Source of the DNA: an uncultured Chloroflexia bacterium
GTDB taxonomy: Bacteria; Chloroflexota; Limnocylindria; Limnocylindrales; CSP1-4
NCBI GenBank assembly: GCA_963841135.1
Contig: CAWJBJ010000004.1
Coordinates: 277,306-341,305, forward strand
DNA length: 64,000 nt
Direction: 5' to 3'
Part shown: one piece after another, positions 59,462 to 64,000 of the stretch
Layout of the letters: each line of letters begins with the position of its first letter
How positions within the stretch are numbered: the stretch's first letter is position 1
Notes under the pieces: generated by a model
What the model was told of the DNA's origin: nothing
Databases searched by the model: none
The model's input: the letters and a program-made list of their open reading frames with translations, nothing else
Made by a program: the position numbers and the translations under genes

Positions 59462-60227
59462 GTGAACATCCTCGTCTGCGTCAAGCGCGTGCCGGCGACC
59501 GGGGGCCGGATGGTCCTGACCGCCGACGAGCGCGACATCGACACGCGGTTCCTCGGGTTCGTCGTCAGCCCGCACGAGGAGTGCGCGGTGGAGGAGTCGG
59601 TGCGCCTTGTCGAGGCAAACGGCGGGACGACGACGGTCCTGACTCTCGGGCCGGACGCGGCGGCGGACCAGCTGCGCGACGCGATGGCGATCGGCGTCGA
59701 CCGGGCGATCCTGCTCGAGACCGACGGCAGCGATTGGGACCCGATGGCCACGTCCGCGTCGCTGACCGCTGCGATCCGGGCGCTCGAGGACGCCGACGGG
59801 CCATTCGACCTGATCCTGTTCGGCAACGAATCCGCGGACTCCGGCGGGCTTCCAGGTGGGGATCCGGGTCGCGTACGAGCTCGATCGGCCGTGCGTCACC
59901 GGCGTGAAGTCCCTTGAGGTGGGCGACGGGACGGTCGCGGCGCGGCGCGAGGCGCCCGGCGGCTGGGAGGTGTTCGAGGTCCCGCTCCCGGCCATCGTCG
60001 CGGTCCGCGAGGGGATCAACCTGCCGCGCTATCCGTCGGTGCCGGGTCGGCTCCGGGCGAAGAAGAAGGAGATCGAGCGGTCGACGCCCGAGCGACGCCC
60101 GGGCGGTCCCGAGCTGATCCGCCTCGTGCTTCCCGCCGAGCAGGTCCGGACCGCGGAGATCCTCGGGACGGGACCCGACGCGGCGCCCCGGGTCGTCGAG
60201 GTCATCCGACAGCTGGGGCTCCTGTGA
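59462..60227 (+). CDS. etfB: Electron transfer flavoprotein beta subunit (frameshift near 59848)
   Basis: ILVCVKRVP, AVEE, G.DRA, FG.ESAD, N.PRYP. Confidence 0.87.
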
Positions 60228-61200
60228 CGCATCCTCGCGTTCGTCGAGCACGTGGAGGGTCGGGTCGACCGGCTCAGCCTCGAGATGCTCGCGCTCGGCC
60301 GACGACTGGCCGAGGCGACGGGTGCGACCCTCGAGGCGGCACTGAGCGGGGCCGGCGCCGAGCCCGCGGCGGCCGAGCTCGGCCGGCACGGCGTCACGAC
60401 GGCGCACCTCATCGCGCATCCAGGGCTCGACGCGTACGCGCCGGCCGCGCTGGCCGCGAGCCTGGAGCAGATCGCCTCGACGACCTCGGCGACGGCCGTG
60501 CTCGCTCCCGGCAGCGAACGCGGCACGGAGGTCCTGGCCCACCTCGGGGCGCGGACCGGCCAGCCGATGGCGGCCAACGTGACCGAGGTCGTCCCCGGCG
60601 AGCGCTGGCGCGTCACGCGGCAACGGTGGGCCGGCAGCCTCCTCGAGGAGGCGTGGCTCGACGGATCCCCGCACCTGCTGACGGTCGCCGCGCATGCGGT
60701 CGCCCCGGGTGAGCCTGACATGACCGCCGCACCGGCGGGCATCCGCGCGATGACGCCGACGCTCTCGGACCGGGACCTGCGGGTCCGCGTCACGGCACAC
60801 GTCCCATCCGCCAGCGACCGGATCTCGCTCACCGATGCCCGTGTCGTGGTCGGCGGTGGCCGGGGCATCGGCAGCGCCGAGGGCTTCGCGATGCTCGAGG
60901 ACGCTCGCGGACCTGCTCGGCGGCGCGGTCGGCGGCTCGCGCGTCGTGACGAGTGCGGGCTGGCGACCCCACGCGGACCAGATCGGTCAGACCGGCGTCC
61001 GGATCGCGCCGGAGCTGTACATCGCCTGCGGGATCAGCGGGGCGATCCAGCACATCGTCGGCTGCAAGGCCGCGAAACGGATCCTGGCCATCAACGTCGA
61101 CGCCGAGGCGCCGATCATGAGCCACGCCTCGTACGCGGTCATCGGCGACCTCCACGCGATCGTCCCGGCCATCACCGAGGAGATCCGTCGGGTCCGTTGA
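60224..61200 (+). CDS. etfA: Electron transfer flavoprotein alpha subunit (frameshifts near 60230 and 60902)
   Basis: VVVGGGRG, GGSR, QIGQTG, PELYIACGISGAIQH..G, AIN.D.EAPI. Confidence 0.87.
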
Positions 61201-61289
61201 CGGGCGTGCCGCTTCGGTTTCTTGCCCGGATGTGAGAAGGTGCGCGGAGCGGCCCCCATCCCGGGCGGTCGCATGATGCAGGAGAGCCC

Positions 61290-61613
61290 GTGCGAAAACG
61301 CAAGGTGACGTATCCCGTGGCCAAGACGGCCACCCGCTCCGCCCCGCCGGCCGGTGCCGGCCCCGAACCTCGCTTCGACCGCCCGACGGTCGCGACCATC
61401 GACCTCGACGCCGCCGCCGGCCGGCCGGGGATGAAAGTCGGTCTCCGCGTCCGCATCGGCGGGACCGGCCTCTACAGCGGTGAGGCCGCCGTCATCGAGC
61501 GGCTCTCAGGCGGCGTCGTCCCCGCCGCCCACGTCCGCACCGAGAGCGGCAAGACCCGCCAGGTCCGGACCATCGATCTCATGCCGCTCGACTCGGAGCC
61601 AAAGCCGGACTGA
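61290..61613 (+). CDS. Small hypothetical protein with KOW/SH3-like C-terminal domain
   Basis: AGGAG RBS; MKVGLRVRIGGTGLYSGEAAVIE pattern. Confidence 0.6.
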   Translation: MRKRKVTYPVAKTATRSAPPAGAGPEPRFDRPTVATIDLDAAAGRPGMKVGLRVRIGGTGLYSGEAAVIERLSGGVVPAAHVRTESGKTRQVRTIDLMPLDSEPKPD

Positions 61614-61734
61614 CCCGGGGGTCGGTCATCTCGCGACGAACGGTGGCCCGGCACACGCCGGGCCACATCCATGTCCAGAAGCGTGGGCGGCCGCGGACGC
61701 TGGGGAGACGCCCGCGGCCGCTGGGAGAGACTCG

Positions 61735-63135
61735 CTAGGCGGTGGCCTTGACGATCCAGCCCGGCTCGGGCTCGCCGAACTTCGACAACAGGTAGTCACG
61801 CGACGCTTCGACGCCCTTGCGCGGGGCGTCGAGCGGGGCCTTCAGCCGGAAGTCCTCCTTCAGCGTCTCGCCGGCCACCATGACCGTCTTGACGTTCGAC
61901 ACGTCCGCGGCGCAGACCACGGCACCGACCGGGTCGATGATCGGCGCGACGTTCACGGCGGAGCCGTCGATGATGACGATGTCCGCCTGCTTGCCCGGGG
62001 TCAGCGAGCCGGTCCGGTCCGCGATCCCGGCGACCTGCGCTCCACCGATGGTCGCCCACGAGAGGACCTGCCGCGACGTGATGAGGCCCGGCGAGGCCTC
62101 CAGCCCGTCGAGGTTCGCCTCCCAGGACTCCTGGTGCTTGCGGCCCCGCTCGGAGCCGAAGATCGAGCGCATCTGCGTGAACTGGTCGGACGGTGCCGTC
62201 GTCGCGACGTCGGACGACAGGCCGATCGGGAGGTTGTGCTCGAGCGCCGTCACCGCCGGCGCCCAGCCGTGGCCCATCTGGACCTCGATCTGCGGGGCGA
62301 ACGAGACATTCCCGCCCGAGTCGCTCGCGAGCTTCCACTCCTCCTCGGTGAAGTGCGAGGCGTGGACATAGGTCGTGTTCGGGTACAGCAGGTCCATGTC
62401 CCGGAGGGCCGTGATCTGCATCTTGGTGTAGCCGAACCGGTCCATCGCCACGTGCACGGTGATGTTGAGGCCCAGCTCCTTGGCGAGCTCCCAGTCGTGG
62501 CGCACGACGTCGGGCTTGCAGAAGTTCGGACCCCGGGTCGCGAGCGCCATCGTGATCCGGCCGTCGTCGGAGTTGAAGTACTGCTTCCGGATCCGCCGCG
62601 CATCGGGCCCATCGGAGGTCAGGACGCTGCCCGTGTAGTCCGGGCCGAACCACCAGTCGACGAGCGACGTGTTCCCGAACCCGTAGGCGAACACGGATCG
62701 GATCTTCGAGTCGCTGAGGCCACGGATCGCCTCATCCGCGTGGGCCGGCGTGTTCATGATGTGCGACCAGTCGACCAGCGTGGTGATGCCCGCGTTGATG
62801 CACTCGAGCGAGCCCCACAGGTTGGCGGCGTAGACGTCGTCGGGCCGGTAGTGCGGTGCGAACTTGTCGAGGATCGAGCTGAAGTAGGTGATCAGCGCGA
62901 AGTCGGGCGCGCAGGTCCGGATCGACGTCTCCCACGTGTGCCGGTGGGTGTCGATGAAGCCCGGGATCACGATGTCGCCGGCGGCGTCGATGGTCCGCGC
63001 GCCGTCCGCCGACAGGTTCCTGCCGACGGCCTCGATCGTGTCCCCGTCGACGAGGACATCGGCGTCGGCCAGTTCGCCAAGCTTCGGATCCTGCGTCAGC
63101 ACGATCCCGCCTTTGATGAGCACTCGGTCGGTCAT
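61735..63135 (-). CDS. Amidohydrolase family protein (SsnA/MtaD-like)
   Basis: PGFIDTHRH, AGITT, TVH, VHA, LSSD, GSLTPGK.AD. Confidence 0.9.
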   Translation of the reverse strand: MTDRVLIKGGIVLTQDPKLGELADADVLVDGDTIEAVGRNLSADGARTIDAAGDIVIPGFIDTHRHTWETSIRTCAPDFALITYFSSILDKFAPHYRPDDVYAANLWGSLECINAGITTLVDWSHIMNTPAHADEAIRGLSDSKIRSVFAYGFGNTSLVDWWFGPDYTGSVLTSDGPDARRIRKQYFNSDDGRITMALATRGPNFCKPDVVRHDWELAKELGLNITVHVAMDRFGYTKMQITALRDMDLLYPNTTYVHASHFTEEEWKLASDSGGNVSFAPQIEVQMGHGWAPAVTALEHNLPIGLSSDVATTAPSDQFTQMRSIFGSERGRKHQESWEANLDGLEASPGLITSRQVLSWATIGGAQVAGIADRTGSLTPGKQADIVIIDGSAVNVAPIIDPVGAVVCAADVSNVKTVMVAGETLKEDFRLKAPLDAPRKGVEASRDYLLSKFGEPEPGWIVKATA

Positions 63136-63219
63136 CGATCGTTCCCTCGTTCGATGGGTTGGGGGTGGTGGTGGCTGCGTCAGCGCTGTCCCGGTGGGCT
63201 CCTCCTCATGGCCGTTCGG

Positions 63220-64000
63220 TCATCGCCGGCCCTCCTCACGGAGATGGCTCGCGACCCGCGAGAAGTCCACGTCGTCGCCGACCGAACGCTCGGCGGCCCG
63301 GATCAGCTCGAGGTTCGTGGCGGCCTGGGGGAGCGCCAGGTTCGTGGCGCCGGCCTGCTCGTCGATGAGGCGCAGGTCCTTCTCAGCGAGCCGCAGCGAG
63401 AAGGCGACCGGCGTCGTCTCGGGATCGATGAACGCCGCCCGCTTGTAGGCGACGTACGGGGCCCCGACCGCGCTCGCGGCCAGCACGTCGTAGGCGAGCG
63501 TGCGGTCGATGCCGCTGCGCTCCGCGAGCACGAGGCCTTCGGCCAGCGCGCCATTCAGTCCGAAGATGACGGTGTTGACGGCGAGCTTCATCGCGGCGCC
63601 CGTCCCGAGCGCGCCGAGATGGAACACGCGCCGCGCGAGCGTCTCGAGCACGGGCCGCGCCACCTCCAGGTCCGCGGCGTCGCCCCCGGCCATGATCGTC
63701 AGCTCCCCCGCGACCGCCAGGCTCGACGCTGCCCGACACAGGCGCGTCGAGGATGCCGGCGCCCCGGCCGCGGACGGCCGCCTCGAGCGAACGGATCGTC
63801 GCCGGAAGGACCGTGCTCATGTCCACGGCCACCGCGCCGGACCGCAGCCCGGCCACGACGCCGTCCGGCCCGTCGTAGAGGGCCCGGACCGCGGCATCGT
63901 CGGCGACCATCGAGATCACCACGTCGGATCCGGCCGCCGCCTCGGCGGGTGTCGCCGCCACCGTCGCTCCGATCCGCGCAGCCAGCTCGGTCGCCCGTGA
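63220..64000 (-). CDS. 3-hydroxyisobutyrate dehydrogenase-family NAD(P) oxidoreductase (5' end outside window; frameshift near 63730)
   Basis: DVVISMV.D, VDMSTV, DAPVSGS, MAGGD, G.GAAMKL..N, F.L.LA.KD. Confidence 0.88.

Noticed and set aside
60224-60252. A fourth non-canonical (ATC) start for etfA
   Set aside because: A GTGA-coupled start plus a one-base insertion explains it equally well, and the gene has another indel.
1-64000. Programmed frameshifting or mass pseudogenisation (PD40 protein, GH130, GT2, Ddn, AttH, PabB, GcvT, EtfA/B, dehydrogenase)
   Set aside because: The shifts are scattered small indels with no shared slippery motif, no in-frame stops and intact motifs on both sides, which is typical of long-read consensus error. 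Read-level data are needed to confirm.

Overview
A high-GC bacterial chromosomal segment with dense coding and no CRISPR array, rRNA, transposase, integrase or phage genes. The gene mix and pervasive leaderless promoters suggest an uncultured Chloroflexota-like (possibly Limnocylindria-type) genome; this is an inference. About 55 CDSs and one tRNA-Asp can be supported. They include a GT4/(alpha/alpha)6/GH130 cluster, a cold-shock protein, tandem GT2s, two cyclophilins, an atypical HisA, ltaE, CapA, a PIG-L deacetylase, SdpR/SdpI, a Fur-family regulator with a metal ABC transporter, MMPL plus an AttH-like lipoprotein, KamA, CtpA, rhodanese, PabB/PabC, and an amine-utilisation region (Pot-like ABC, APC permease, ALDH, GcvT-family oxidoreductase, ETF, amidohydrolase). 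At least ten genes carry small indel frameshifts that look like long-read consensus errors. Most notable: (1) a coupled nucleotidyltransferase + metallophosphoesterase + APC permease module inside the amine cluster, possibly a writer/eraser or signalling system; (2) an unannotated ~175-nt structured RNA with its own promoter and terminator upstream of the GT2 pair; (3) three genes that appear to start at ATC/ATA codons behind good Shine-Dalgarno sequences; (4) a 68-bp duplication of the rhodanese translation-start region; (5) a shared structured intergenic repeat. All family calls come from motif recognition by eye; no database searches were run.
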